Shown here: positions 46,437 through 55,020 of the stretch, piece by piece
Position numbering within the stretch: the stretch's first letter is position 1
Layout of the letters: each line of letters begins with the position of its first letter
Assembly: GCA_037128705.1 (NCBI GenBank)
Contig: JBAXVX010000009.1
Coordinates: 42,620 to 106,619, forward strand
Reading direction: 5' to 3'
DNA length: 64,000 nt
Source of the DNA: Bacteroidota bacterium
GTDB taxonomy: Bacteria > Bacteroidota > Bacteroidia > Bacteroidales > FEN-979
Notes under the pieces: model-generated
Database searches by the model: none
Seen by the model: only the letters and a program-made list of their open reading frames with translations
Told to the model about the DNA's origin: nothing
Made by a program: the position numbers and the translations under genes

Positions 46437-46466
46437 AATACGAATTGTTAAGTTAAGCTATAAAGG

Positions 46467-46556
46467 AATTTACGATTTACGATTTACGATTTTAGATTTC
46501 ATTACTCCATTACTCCATTACTTTGTTACCCTGTCACCTTGTTACCCTGTCACCCT
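46467..46556 (+). repeat. Composite array: GATTTAC-type heptads, then ATTACTCC octads, then GT(C/T)ACC(C/T)T octads
   Basis: The array reads aatttac gatttac gatttac gatttta gatttc | attactcc attactcc attacttt | gttaccct gtcacctt gttaccct gtcaccct. It fills most of the 121-bp gap between the TBDR stop (46558) and the next gene start (46436). Confidence 0.95.
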
Positions 46557-46557
46557 T

Positions 46558-48969
46558 TTATATTTTATAAATCACCTGCAACTGCGTCATACGCGGTGGC
46601 TCGATGGTAAGAGGTCTCAGGGAGAACTCGGTATTCATAAGGTTGTTCACGATAACAGAAAATTTAAAGCTTTTCAAGGCATAACTGACGCGATAGTCAA
46701 CGATGAAGGTTCCGGTATTGTGCTCCTCCCGGTATTTCTTGATTCCCGTTTTTACACCAAACATCTGGCCGTCGAGGATCTCATAAAAAAACTTATCGAT
46801 GTTCTGCATAAATCCATAATAACGGCCGCCAAACCCGGTTGAAAAACGTCTCCAGGTAACCTGTATATCAGCCTTTAACAGGCTCTGGACGCGGTATTTC
46901 AGGATATGACCTGTCGTGTCGGATGAGGTCGTCAGGTAGGTCAGGGAATTTTTAACATTGTTCGGATTCACGTAAAACACATAATTCGGGTCGAGCGCCT
47001 GGGGAACGGAATAGGTATAACCAACCATGACAGACAGGTTCAGGTTCCTCATCAGGTCGCCTTCACCGGCAATGGAGGCATCGATGCCATAAATGCGTGC
47101 CGGCCCGGTATTGAAGAATTTAAATCCCACATCCTTGCTTGGGTTCGGGTTCAATCCCCAGAATCCGAAATTGAACTCAACATAATTGTCATAGTTCTCA
47201 TAAAAGCCTGCGATATCAAACATCCCGGCAAATTTGCCAAACTTGAACAATTGTTTGAATCCAAGTTCATAGGAGATGCTGGATTCAGGCGCGAGGTCAG
47301 GATTGGGATAAAAACCGAAATTGCCCGAAGTGGTGGTGATGTAACGCTCACCAATACTCGGCACACGGTATCCCTGACCAACCGAGGCCCTGAAATAACT
47401 TGATTTGCCTGCCTGGAAATTGACCCCTGCCCTAAAAACAGGTTTTCCTTCGGTGAGGTCAGCCAGTTGATAATATTCATACCGGGCACCCAGCAGAATG
47501 GATAATTTCTTGAAGAACTTTTTTTCCAGCTGGGCATAGACGGCAAAATTTTCTGCTGTAAAAGTGCCGTTTTCCCCTGCATTGGTCGTTCCGTCGGGTG
47601 CCAGTTTGCCCGAAAACACCTTTCCGAAAGCATAGGTATAACTGTTCATCACCCCCGTGACGAGTATCAGATCGGTCGCCTTTTTAAATTTGTGGGTGTA
47701 CTGGTATTCATTGAAAACAGTTACACTCAGCGAGCTCTGGTTATAAAGCCCGTCAGAATTCAGGTAATATACCCTGTTTTTCAGGGAATGTACATCCCCA
47801 TTCTTGGCAAAATACTTAATAAACGGATCAAGGTAGAAGGTGAATGCTTTAAAGCGCGACAATGATCCGGGAAATGAGCGGTAGATATTTGTATCGGCAT
47901 CATACCAGAAGAAGGTCTCGGCATTTTCCTGGAACATGAAATTCCCGTTCAGCCCATAGGAAAGACCTTCTACTTTTTTTGAACGGACCCTTGAATTGAA
48001 ATAGAACTTTAACCGGTTGTTATATTGTCCGTCGTTAAAAATAGAATCGGCTACCTTCCCCTCCGGCGTACCGCCAATATATCCCTGGTCTTTATAAAAA
48101 CTCACCCCGGCGGCCAGATCTTTATTATCAAATTTTTGCGAATGGTTCACCGTGATCCCGTAAACCACAGGATTCATCCCGCTCCAGGGTGTTGCATATT
48201 TGCGTTCAGGTTTACTGTAAGCACCAAGGAATGTAATAATTTTGGTTGAAGGTTCATCCGTAGGCCATGCCGTTCTAATATTGATGGCCCCATTGATGGC
48301 CGATGATCCAAACAATACCGATGAGGCTCCCTTGACAACCTCGATCTGATCCACTTCGTCGATGGGGAGAAGTGCCCAGTCAGGACGACCGGCATCTCCC
48401 CTTAAAAGGGGTATCTCATCAACCATGACCATAACGCGCGAACCAAGTCCCGAACTGAAACCACTGCCAGCCCTGATCTGCGGTTCATTATTTACAATGG
48501 TAATCCCCGGCATCTTGTCGACCAGTTTGTCGGCGCTTGGCAGATTGCCTATTTCAATCGTTCTGGCCTTCATCACCTCAATGGAGGAGCTGGATTCCTG
48601 AATTTTCTGTGCATATTTTGAAGCTGATACGACGACCGTGCTCAATTCCTGGGAAATGTTTACAAGACGAATGTCAATCGTGTACGTTTTTTTGCCATCC
48701 AGGTGGATGAACTTCTCCATTTTTTCGTAACCAACCGAGGAGATGAAAAGATCATAATCCCCCTTGGGCAACTCAAGCCTGTACGAACCGTTGCTGTCGG
48801 AAAATGTGCCAACAGTTTGTCCGCTTACCCCGATATTAACATAAGGCAAGGCTTCAGAGGTCTTATCATCTGTAACCTTGCCTCTGATCACCGAAACCTG
48901 GGCCTCGGTAGCCAGGGAAAATAACAGGCAGATGGTTGAAAATATAGATAATCGTAAGGTTTGCTTCAT
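46558..48969 (-). CDS. TonB-dependent receptor with an N-terminal CarboxypepD_reg domain
   Basis: It has a signal peptide, IRGKVTDDKTSEALPYVNIGV..SDSNGSYRLEL, a plug (VEVVKGASSVLFGSSAINGAINI), and a beta-barrel that ends in aromatic residues. Confidence 0.8.
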   Translation of the reverse strand: MKQTLRLSIFSTICLLFSLATEAQVSVIRGKVTDDKTSEALPYVNIGVSGQTVGTFSDSNGSYRLELPKGDYDLFISSVGYEKMEKFIHLDGKKTYTIDIRLVNISQELSTVVVSASKYAQKIQESSSSIEVMKARTIEIGNLPSADKLVDKMPGITIVNNEPQIRAGSGFSSGLGSRVMVMVDEIPLLRGDAGRPDWALLPIDEVDQIEVVKGASSVLFGSSAINGAINIRTAWPTDEPSTKIITFLGAYSKPERKYATPWSGMNPVVYGITVNHSQKFDNKDLAAGVSFYKDQGYIGGTPEGKVADSIFNDGQYNNRLKFYFNSRVRSKKVEGLSYGLNGNFMFQENAETFFWYDADTNIYRSFPGSLSRFKAFTFYLDPFIKYFAKNGDVHSLKNRVYYLNSDGLYNQSSLSVTVFNEYQYTHKFKKATDLILVTGVMNSYTYAFGKVFSGKLAPDGTTNAGENGTFTAENFAVYAQLEKKFFKKLSILLGARYEYYQLADLTEGKPVFRAGVNFQAGKSSYFRASVGQGYRVPSIGERYITTTSGNFGFYPNPDLAPESSISYELGFKQLFKFGKFAGMFDIAGFYENYDNYVEFNFGFWGLNPNPSKDVGFKFFNTGPARIYGIDASIAGEGDLMRNLNLSVMVGYTYSVPQALDPNYVFYVNPNNVKNSLTYLTTSSDTTGHILKYRVQSLLKADIQVTWRRFSTGFGGRYYGFMQNIDKFFYEILDGQMFGVKTGIKKYREEHNTGTFIVDYRVSYALKSFKFSVIVNNLMNTEFSLRPLTIEPPRMTQLQVIYKI

Positions 48970-48987
48970 CTATATGATTTTAACTTG

Positions 48988-48995
48988 CAAATGTA
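48988..48995 (-). promoter_or_regulatory. Candidate -7 box TACATTTG upstream of the TonB-dependent receptor gene
   Basis: The plus strand reads caaatgta, 19 nt upstream of the ATG at 48969. Confidence 0.35.
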
Positions 48996-49017
48996 ATAAA
49001 AGAAATGGAATATCATC

Positions 49018-50919
49018 CTATTCTATAGCCTGAGAAACCGCACCATTACTGATAACCAGCGACTTATAGATGAGAGACGGGGAGGACACGAGGGGCCCCA
49101 GGCCAAGATGAGCCCACTTTGCATCAATGGCGGCTATGGTCTGGTCATCCATGGCAATCACATTGGGCCAATCGCGTTGAAAATCATCTAGTTCCCTCGT
49201 TTTACGGGTACCATCGATGCACAGGGCCGGGATCTTGTTTCCGGACTCATCATCCTGGTAAAAACAGTCACGCATGGGGTCGATGTTGTTGGCTGCCAGC
49301 CAGGTTATCTGGGATAATGAGGTCAAATCGGCTTGCTCATCCACAAAAAGGATGAATTTTATCTGTTCCAGCCATTTGTTCAGAAGGAGATCAGCCGCCA
49401 TCAAGCGGATATGCCGCTTTTTGGATTTTTTCACGGCAATGATCACCAAAGAAATTCCATCAGCAACCAGGTCGGTCCGGATATCTTTGATCTCAGGGAA
49501 TCCTGCACGTATCTTTTCTATGAAAAAAACCGGGAACCCTTTGATCTGACCCGATAAAGATCTGTCCGGTCCCGCTCCGGTTGCGTCAATCCCTACTTTA
49601 CTGCCAAAGGCATAGCGGCTGCTCGAATGGTCAAGAATATCAACCGGTCCACGGAAAAAATGAATATCATTCACCGGGTCTACGCGTTCGGAGATAAGCC
49701 GGGCCAGGTGGCGGTAATTGGCAAGGTCGGTATCCTGACCGGTGACCAGCAGGATTTTATTGAACATCATCTGGCCTGCCCCCCACAACGAACTCATGAT
49801 TTTAAGCGCCTGCCCGGGATATTCTTTCCTGATGCTCACGATCGTGATGTTATGAAAAACCCCTTCGGCCGGCATGTGCATGTTCGTCACTTCAGGAGCC
49901 ACCGTCATTTTAACGGGCATTAAAAAGATACGTTCCGTGGCTTTTCCGATCCAGGCGTCCTCCTGGGGTGGAATACCCACGATGGTGGCCGGATAAACAG
50001 CATTTTTGCGATGGGTGATGCATGTCACATGAAAGCGGGGGAACCTATCTGCCAGAGAATAAAAGCCGGTATGATCGCCAAAAGGACCCTCCATGATCAG
50101 TTCCTCAGCCGGATCAACATACCCTTCGATCACAAAGTCGACATCGGCAGGCACCTCCAGGTCGTTGGTCAGGCATTTGACCAGTTCTACCTTTTTCTTC
50201 CGGAGGAATCCGGCCAGGAGGTATTCATCTACCTCTTCGGGCAGGGGTGCCGTGGCTGCATAGGTATAAACCGGATCTCCCCCAAGTGTAACCGAAACAG
50301 GCATGCGCTTCCCAAGTTCCTTATAATGCTGGTAATGCTTCGCCGATCCTTTGTGCAGATGCCAGTGCATTCCCGTCATGTCGGCTTTGAAAACCTGCAT
50401 CCGGTACATCCCGAGGTTTCGTGCCCAGGTTTCAGGATCCCTCGTGTGAACGCCGGGCAGGGTGATAAAAGGCCCGCCGTCAAAAGGCCAGCAGGTAAGT
50501 ATGGGAAGTTTTGCCAGATCGGGTTTTTCCATGATGATCTCCTGGCAGCGGCCACGACCCTTCACCGATTTCGGCATCCATGAAGCCACCTCTTTCAGGG
50601 CAGGAAGTACCTTGAGTTTATCAAGCAGACTCTTCCTGGGTCCGAGAAACTCCTTCATCAGTTTTGCGATGGCCGATTCTATTTCGTCAAGCTGATTTAC
50701 CCCGAGGGCCATGCAAATCCTGCGGTCAGATGCAAATGCATTGATCAGCAGGGGGAAGTCCGTTCCGTTATTCTCGAAAAGCAGCGCCTTCCCACCATTT
50801 TTCACCATCCGGTCGGCCACCTCGGTAATTTCAAGGTTGGGTGAAACGAATTCTTTTACACGAACCAGCTCACCGTGCGATTCAAGTGCGGAAATAAACT
50901 GAAGGAGGGAATGGTACAA
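49018..50919 (-). CDS. UbiD-family (prenylated-FMN dependent) decarboxylase, probably in quinone biosynthesis
   Basis: N-terminus YHSLLQFISALESHGELVRVKEF, and UbiD core motifs GGPFITLPGVHTRDPETWARNLGMYRMQ. The only available start is a TTG at 50919. Confidence 0.8.
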   Translation of the reverse strand: MYHSLLQFISALESHGELVRVKEFVSPNLEITEVADRMVKNGGKALLFENNGTDFPLLINAFASDRRICMALGVNQLDEIESAIAKLMKEFLGPRKSLLDKLKVLPALKEVASWMPKSVKGRGRCQEIIMEKPDLAKLPILTCWPFDGGPFITLPGVHTRDPETWARNLGMYRMQVFKADMTGMHWHLHKGSAKHYQHYKELGKRMPVSVTLGGDPVYTYAATAPLPEEVDEYLLAGFLRKKKVELVKCLTNDLEVPADVDFVIEGYVDPAEELIMEGPFGDHTGFYSLADRFPRFHVTCITHRKNAVYPATIVGIPPQEDAWIGKATERIFLMPVKMTVAPEVTNMHMPAEGVFHNITIVSIRKEYPGQALKIMSSLWGAGQMMFNKILLVTGQDTDLANYRHLARLISERVDPVNDIHFFRGPVDILDHSSSRYAFGSKVGIDATGAGPDRSLSGQIKGFPVFFIEKIRAGFPEIKDIRTDLVADGISLVIIAVKKSKKRHIRLMAADLLLNKWLEQIKFILFVDEQADLTSLSQITWLAANNIDPMRDCFYQDDESGNKIPALCIDGTRKTRELDDFQRDWPNVIAMDDQTIAAIDAKWAHLGLGPLVSSPSLIYKSLVISNGAVSQAIE

Positions 50920-50921
50920 TG

Positions 50922-50963
50922 TACGATTTACGATTTACGATGTAAGATATAAGATTTCGATTT
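50922..50963 (+). repeat. Heptad array tacgatt tacgatt tacgatg taagata taagatt tcgattt filling the ccmE-ubiD intergenic gap
   Basis: Direct reading. The 43-bp gap consists of six heptads. Confidence 0.9.
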
Positions 50964-51370
50964 CAGCCGAATTTTTTATTGCTGAATTTTGATGGCGCTT
51001 TCTTGTCGTTGTATTTTGACGGACATTTCAGCAGCAGGCTTTTCGCCATAAATTGGTCGCCGTGCATGGAGCCGATGATCACGACCTTCTCTGATTTTTC
51101 AAAATCCTGGGGCTTTGCATTGTTATAGATCACCTTTTTCTCGATCCCCATTTCATCCACCATATAAAATGAAAACTGGTTGGCGTTCTTCTGGGCATTG
51201 TATTCGATGGGTTTGGCCTTGTTCAATTTACCGATGATGTGCAATTCCTTCCCCGGTTTCAGGGCGGCTTCTGTAAAATCGGAATAGGTACTCGAATCGG
51301 TCATGGTGGTGATCACCACGGCAACAGCAACTACCAGGATCAGGATGATGACAATATGAATGGTTTTCAT
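50963..51370 (-). CDS. ccmE: Cytochrome c maturation heme chaperone CcmE, CxxxY variant
   Basis: It has an N-terminal TM anchor and an OB-fold-length body. LLLKCPSKY sits at the position of the canonical HxxxY heme-binding motif. It follows ccmC and ccmD. Confidence 0.75.
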   Translation of the reverse strand: MKTIHIVIILILVVAVAVVITTMTDSSTYSDFTEAALKPGKELHIIGKLNKAKPIEYNAQKNANQFSFYMVDEMGIEKKVIYNNAKPQDFEKSEKVVIIGSMHGDQFMAKSLLLKCPSKYNDKKAPSKFSNKKFG

Positions 51371-51372
51371 GT

Positions 51373-51513
51373 TTACTTTTTCGTTGATTTCTCTTCAATT
51401 TCTTTTTCCAGTTTCCTCACCTTGCGGTCGATGGTAAACAAATAGGCGAATACCCCAACCATGATGACTGCCAATACTGCAACGACAACAAATATTTTTC
51501 CGTATACTTCCAT
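51373..51513 (-). CDS. ccmD: CcmD-like small membrane protein, 46 aa
   Basis: My own translation is MEVYGKIFVVVAVLAVIMVGVFAYLFTIDRKVRKLEKEIEEKSTKK. It lies between ccmC and ccmE, with its stop 2 nt before the ccmE ATG. It is below the ORF track cutoff. Confidence 0.55.
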   Translation of the reverse strand: MEVYGKIFVVVAVLAVIMVGVFAYLFTIDRKVRKLEKEIEEKSTKK

Positions 51514-51533
51514 ACAAATTAGGTTAAAAGTTA

Positions 51534-52199
51534 TTAGTCATTCAACAATCTGTTTTCAATTTTCCTGATCCTGACCCTGATATTCATGATCCAGAACCCG
51601 AGCAGGATCCAGCCGATCATCGCAGGATAAAAAACAATGCGCATGGAGGGATCAAGGTGCATGGGCAATACCGGGGGTGAATCCTTTCCCGGGTGGATGC
51701 TTTCGCCCGACAGCCGCGGAAGTACCATCACAAAAACGATCCACAGGAAGAAGGCAAAAATATTGTACACTGCACTGACTTTCGCCCGCTTGTGCACATC
51801 GTCGATGGAGCCTCGCAGGATCATGTAGGCCAGGTAGATAAAAAGTCCGACCGCCGCACCGTTCAGCTTGGGATCCTTCACCCAGGGAGCACCCCAGGTG
51901 AAATTTGCCCAGACCATTCCGGTGAAGATGCCGAGAAATCCGAACATCAGGCCCACATTCACCGCCTCAACCGCCATGATGTCCTCCTCCTCCCTGAATT
52001 TGCTCAAATACCGGAGGCTGTATATAAACCCGGTGACAAGCATGGCCATCATGCCAAACCACATTCCCACGTGGTAAAACAAATTCCTCATGGTCTCCCT
52101 GATCATGGTATCCGGAACATCAACCATGAACCCCACGATGATGGCGTACAACAACAAAATCACCGATAAATATTTCCACCAATCTTTTTTTAACATCAT
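51534..52199 (-). CDS. ccmC: Heme exporter / cytochrome c assembly protein CcmC
   Basis: Six TM segments and the Trp-rich motif WANFTWGAPWVKDPKLNG. Confidence 0.8.
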   Translation of the reverse strand: MMLKKDWWKYLSVILLLYAIIVGFMVDVPDTMIRETMRNLFYHVGMWFGMMAMLVTGFIYSLRYLSKFREEEDIMAVEAVNVGLMFGFLGIFTGMVWANFTWGAPWVKDPKLNGAAVGLFIYLAYMILRGSIDDVHKRAKVSAVYNIFAFFLWIVFVMVLPRLSGESIHPGKDSPPVLPMHLDPSMRIVFYPAMIGWILLGFWIMNIRVRIRKIENRLLND

Positions 52200-52215
52200 G
52201 CGATTAATTATTAAT

Positions 52216-52243
52216 CAAAAATCTAAAATCGTAAATCGTAAAT
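52216..52243 (-). repeat. Heptad array (plus strand caaaaat ctaaaat cgtaaat cgtaaat) in the ccmB-ccmC gap
   Basis: It is the reverse complement of the ATTTACG/GATTTAC units at 50922-50963, 46467-46500 and 62240-62267. Confidence 0.9.
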
Positions 52244-52246
52244 TAT

Positions 52247-52906
52247 TTAGTCTTTCCAAAGGTACGGAAATAACAAATAGGCCAGGGTGATCACTGCGAT
52301 GATGATGGAGAGCAGGATAACCAAAAGGCCCGATAAACCTGACCAATCCATGCTGCTGATGGCCGACCGGGAAACTTTCATCAGGGTGGCAAGCAGGGGG
52401 AGTACGATCGGAAAACTCAAAATGGCCATCAAAGAGAAGTTATGGCTCGCCCGGGAGGCGATGGCGGCGACCATGGTAAGCACCGATGACAATCCCAGGC
52501 TTCCAAGCAGCAAGGTCAGTAAAAACAGGGGCACATTCACAACCTGGTTGCCCATGAGCAGCAGGAAAAACCCAAATGCCAGTGCCGAGAGGATGGCCAT
52601 CAGGAAGAGGTTATAGAGTATTTTTGAGAGGATCACCGCCTGCGGACTGGCAATGGTATAATAGTACAGGTGCCGCGCAGGGCTCTCCTGCACAAAACTC
52701 TTTGAGATCCCGTTCACGGCTACAAAGAGCAGGATGATCCAGAAGAGTGAATTCCAGGTTTCGGCCGTAATGGCGTCTTCAAAAGCAAGATAGGTGGTAA
52801 AAATGGTGGAGACCAGGTACAACAGGATGCCATTCAGCACATATTTTTGCTTCAGTTCAAGCCTGATCTCTTTTCCAACAAGGTGTTTAATCTCCAGGTA
52901 GTGCAT
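52247..52906 (-). CDS. ccmB: Heme exporter permease CcmB
   Basis: A 219-aa polytopic membrane protein immediately upstream of ccmC, with CcmB-like size and hydrophobicity. Confidence 0.7.
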   Translation of the reverse strand: MHYLEIKHLVGKEIRLELKQKYVLNGILLYLVSTIFTTYLAFEDAITAETWNSLFWIILLFVAVNGISKSFVQESPARHLYYYTIASPQAVILSKILYNLFLMAILSALAFGFFLLLMGNQVVNVPLFLLTLLLGSLGLSSVLTMVAAIASRASHNFSLMAILSFPIVLPLLATLMKVSRSAISSMDWSGLSGLLVILLSIIIAVITLAYLLFPYLWKD

Positions 52907-52927
52907 CTGCTGACGGCGAATTTTGGT

Positions 52928-52935
52928 GCAAAGAT
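52928..52935 (-). promoter_or_regulatory. Candidate -7 box TATCTTTG upstream of ccmB
   Basis: The plus strand reads caaagata, 22 nt upstream of the ccmB ATG. It abuts the upstream terminator. Confidence 0.4.
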
Positions 52936-52967
52936 AAAAAAAACCCCGCGGTTTCCCGCGGGGTTTT
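52935..52967 (-). terminator. Rho-independent (bidirectional-looking) terminator after the BNR-repeat gene
   Basis: CCCCGCGG-tttc-CCGCGGGG is a perfect 8-bp stem, flanked by A8 on one side and T5 on the other. Confidence 0.8.
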
Positions 52968-53016
52968 TCAACACACTGTATCCGTGATTATTACAATCAG
53001 TTCATTAACAGTTAAT

Positions 53017-54816
53017 CTATTCAACAATCATTTTGTGGGTATATGATTCCCCGTTGATCTTCACCGAATAAAAATAGACACCGGCGGAGAGCTGACGGGC
53101 ATCGATGGCGAATTGCTGTAAGCCAGCCATAACGAGACCTTTATCCATGCTCATGATTTTCTGGCCTGTCAGGTTGGTAACCTCTACGACCACATTCGAT
53201 GGTTTGTCAAGGTTGACATTAAACCAGGTTGTTCCCTTCACCGGGTTCGGCGAGTTCTGGGTAACCGGGTTGAGGGGGACCATGTTCTTTTGAATTCCGG
53301 TCGGGAAGAAGGCTGAACCGGGGATTTCACGGTATTCGATGTTACAGTCGTGAACGGGGATATTGGTATCGACGATGTTTGAGCCAGGCTGCGAAGAGGT
53401 TTGATAGATCACCTGCAGTTTATCATTCATGATATTCTTGGCCATGGCCGGGTAAACGAATTCAAAGAACATATATAAATAACCAGCGTTGAAGTCAATC
53501 ATATCAGTCATCTGTGCTTTATCGTGGAACTTAGCTCTTCCCCAGAGGTGGCGGAAGTTATAGGGTGTCGGATCGGGATTGCCTGGTGTGACGGCGGACC
53601 ATAAAAAATAGAGATTATCCCATGCATCAATGGAGATCTGCGGGAAGCTTGACAAACCCACGCGGTAGCTTGGAGCGCCCACAATGGTATCGCCGGGCGC
53701 TGGTCCGTCATAAACGGCAGCCAGAAGCTGACCGTCGGTTTCCAGGGTAGCCAGGTCAAGGCTGTCTTTCACCATCGGCATGGTCGAATTCCAGTAAACC
53801 AGTCCGTTCCTGTTGATATAGATATATTTGGTATCTCCGGTCATATATCCGCCACCCACGCCGAACGCAAGATGGAATACACCTGAATTGTCCATTTCAA
53901 CGGCGCAGGAGCCATCCGACATGGTGAACGGTGCAACTTCGGTCGTTCCGGCCGGAAGTTTTTTATTGGCGTTGCTCAATACCGGGATCTTTGTCCAGTT
54001 CTCGCCATTATCGTATGAGACCATAATAAAGGTATCAACCCATGGTCCGGAAATGGCAAAATAGATCGTATCGCCATGAGGAGTTCCCCAGGCAATTTCG
54101 TCGCCGTTAAATCCATCATAGTCGGCAGAGGTCATTTGGGGAAGAATAACAGCATTCTTATCCCATGTCAGGCCACCGTCAAGTGAACGGTAATACAGGT
54201 AGGCCAGGTCAAGCCCTTCATAGGCTACGTAAGTAGAGGTAATCATATGAACATTGTTGTGGTTGGCACCATTGGTCATGATCCTCGGCCATGAAATGTC
54301 GGTGGCCCCGACAGGTCCCATCAGGACACTTTGATTCCAGGTTCCCTGTCCTTTGATCGATCTTGATGAAATTTTAAGTCCGTCGTTCAGGTGGGCAATA
54401 ACAATTTCGCCTGAAGGCCCCAAAGGTGCATAGGAAGGCCATCCTGTGCGATCATTTTCAATCCTGGAAGTCGGAGGAGGTCCCCAGGCTGTTCCGTCGT
54501 TGTAGTTATAACCAGTACCTCTCTGGCTGCTGGTGGATGTACCTCTTATCCATGTTGCGCCCATGGTTCCGTCAGGAAAAACGGTGATCCGTGAATCCAT
54601 GGAGCCATTTGTTTGCATGTCGTAAACCGTTGTGCCAATGATGTCTTCCAGGACAGCCTTCGAATTAACAAGCGGGTTCCCCGGCTGGGCAGGCAGGATC
54701 TGATTTTTAATTGCTTTAGCCGGCACCGACTGTAACGGCGGTTTCGCGTACTTTGATTGTGCCATGGCCATGACAAACATACACATGACCAGTACAAAAA
54801 GGGTAAATTTTTTCAT
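53017..54816 (-). CDS. BNR/Asp-box repeat (sialidase-like beta-propeller) protein with a T9SS C-terminal sorting domain, paralog 1
   Basis: It has a signal peptide, the Asp-boxes YRSLDGGLTWDK and VSYDNGENWTK, and a CTD reading NSPNPVKGTTWFNV..GVYFYSVKINGESYTHKMIVE. Confidence 0.65.
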   Translation of the reverse strand: MKKFTLFVLVMCMFVMAMAQSKYAKPPLQSVPAKAIKNQILPAQPGNPLVNSKAVLEDIIGTTVYDMQTNGSMDSRITVFPDGTMGATWIRGTSTSSQRGTGYNYNDGTAWGPPPTSRIENDRTGWPSYAPLGPSGEIVIAHLNDGLKISSRSIKGQGTWNQSVLMGPVGATDISWPRIMTNGANHNNVHMITSTYVAYEGLDLAYLYYRSLDGGLTWDKNAVILPQMTSADYDGFNGDEIAWGTPHGDTIYFAISGPWVDTFIMVSYDNGENWTKIPVLSNANKKLPAGTTEVAPFTMSDGSCAVEMDNSGVFHLAFGVGGGYMTGDTKYIYINRNGLVYWNSTMPMVKDSLDLATLETDGQLLAAVYDGPAPGDTIVGAPSYRVGLSSFPQISIDAWDNLYFLWSAVTPGNPDPTPYNFRHLWGRAKFHDKAQMTDMIDFNAGYLYMFFEFVYPAMAKNIMNDKLQVIYQTSSQPGSNIVDTNIPVHDCNIEYREIPGSAFFPTGIQKNMVPLNPVTQNSPNPVKGTTWFNVNLDKPSNVVVEVTNLTGQKIMSMDKGLVMAGLQQFAIDARQLSAGVYFYSVKINGESYTHKMIVE

Positions 54817-54852
54817 AATCAGGAGTTTAGTGGTTTATAACATTTATTCAAA

Positions 54853-54860
54853 CAAATTTA
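54853..54860 (-). promoter_or_regulatory. Candidate -7 box TAAATTTG upstream of BNR paralog 1
   Basis: The plus strand reads caaattta, 37 nt upstream of the ATG at 54816. The same box is found upstream of paralog 2. Confidence 0.4.
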
Positions 54861-54967
54861 CAAAATATAATTTACCTTTTCGTCCGACGTGATTAAATTT
54901 TGATTTTTTCGATGAACTGGTCCAGATTTCAGGTGAAGTAAAAAAAACACCCGGCATCCTTAGGAAG

Positions 54968-55002
54968 AAAAAAAAAGGCCACCCGGTTGGGCAGCCTTTT
55001 TT
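54968..55002 (-). terminator. Imperfect hairpin terminator after BNR paralog 2
   Basis: A9 GGCCACCC-ggtt-GGGCAGCC T6. The stem has a 2x2 internal mismatch. Confidence 0.5.
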
Positions 55003-55020
55003 AAAATTTCAGATGAGTGC

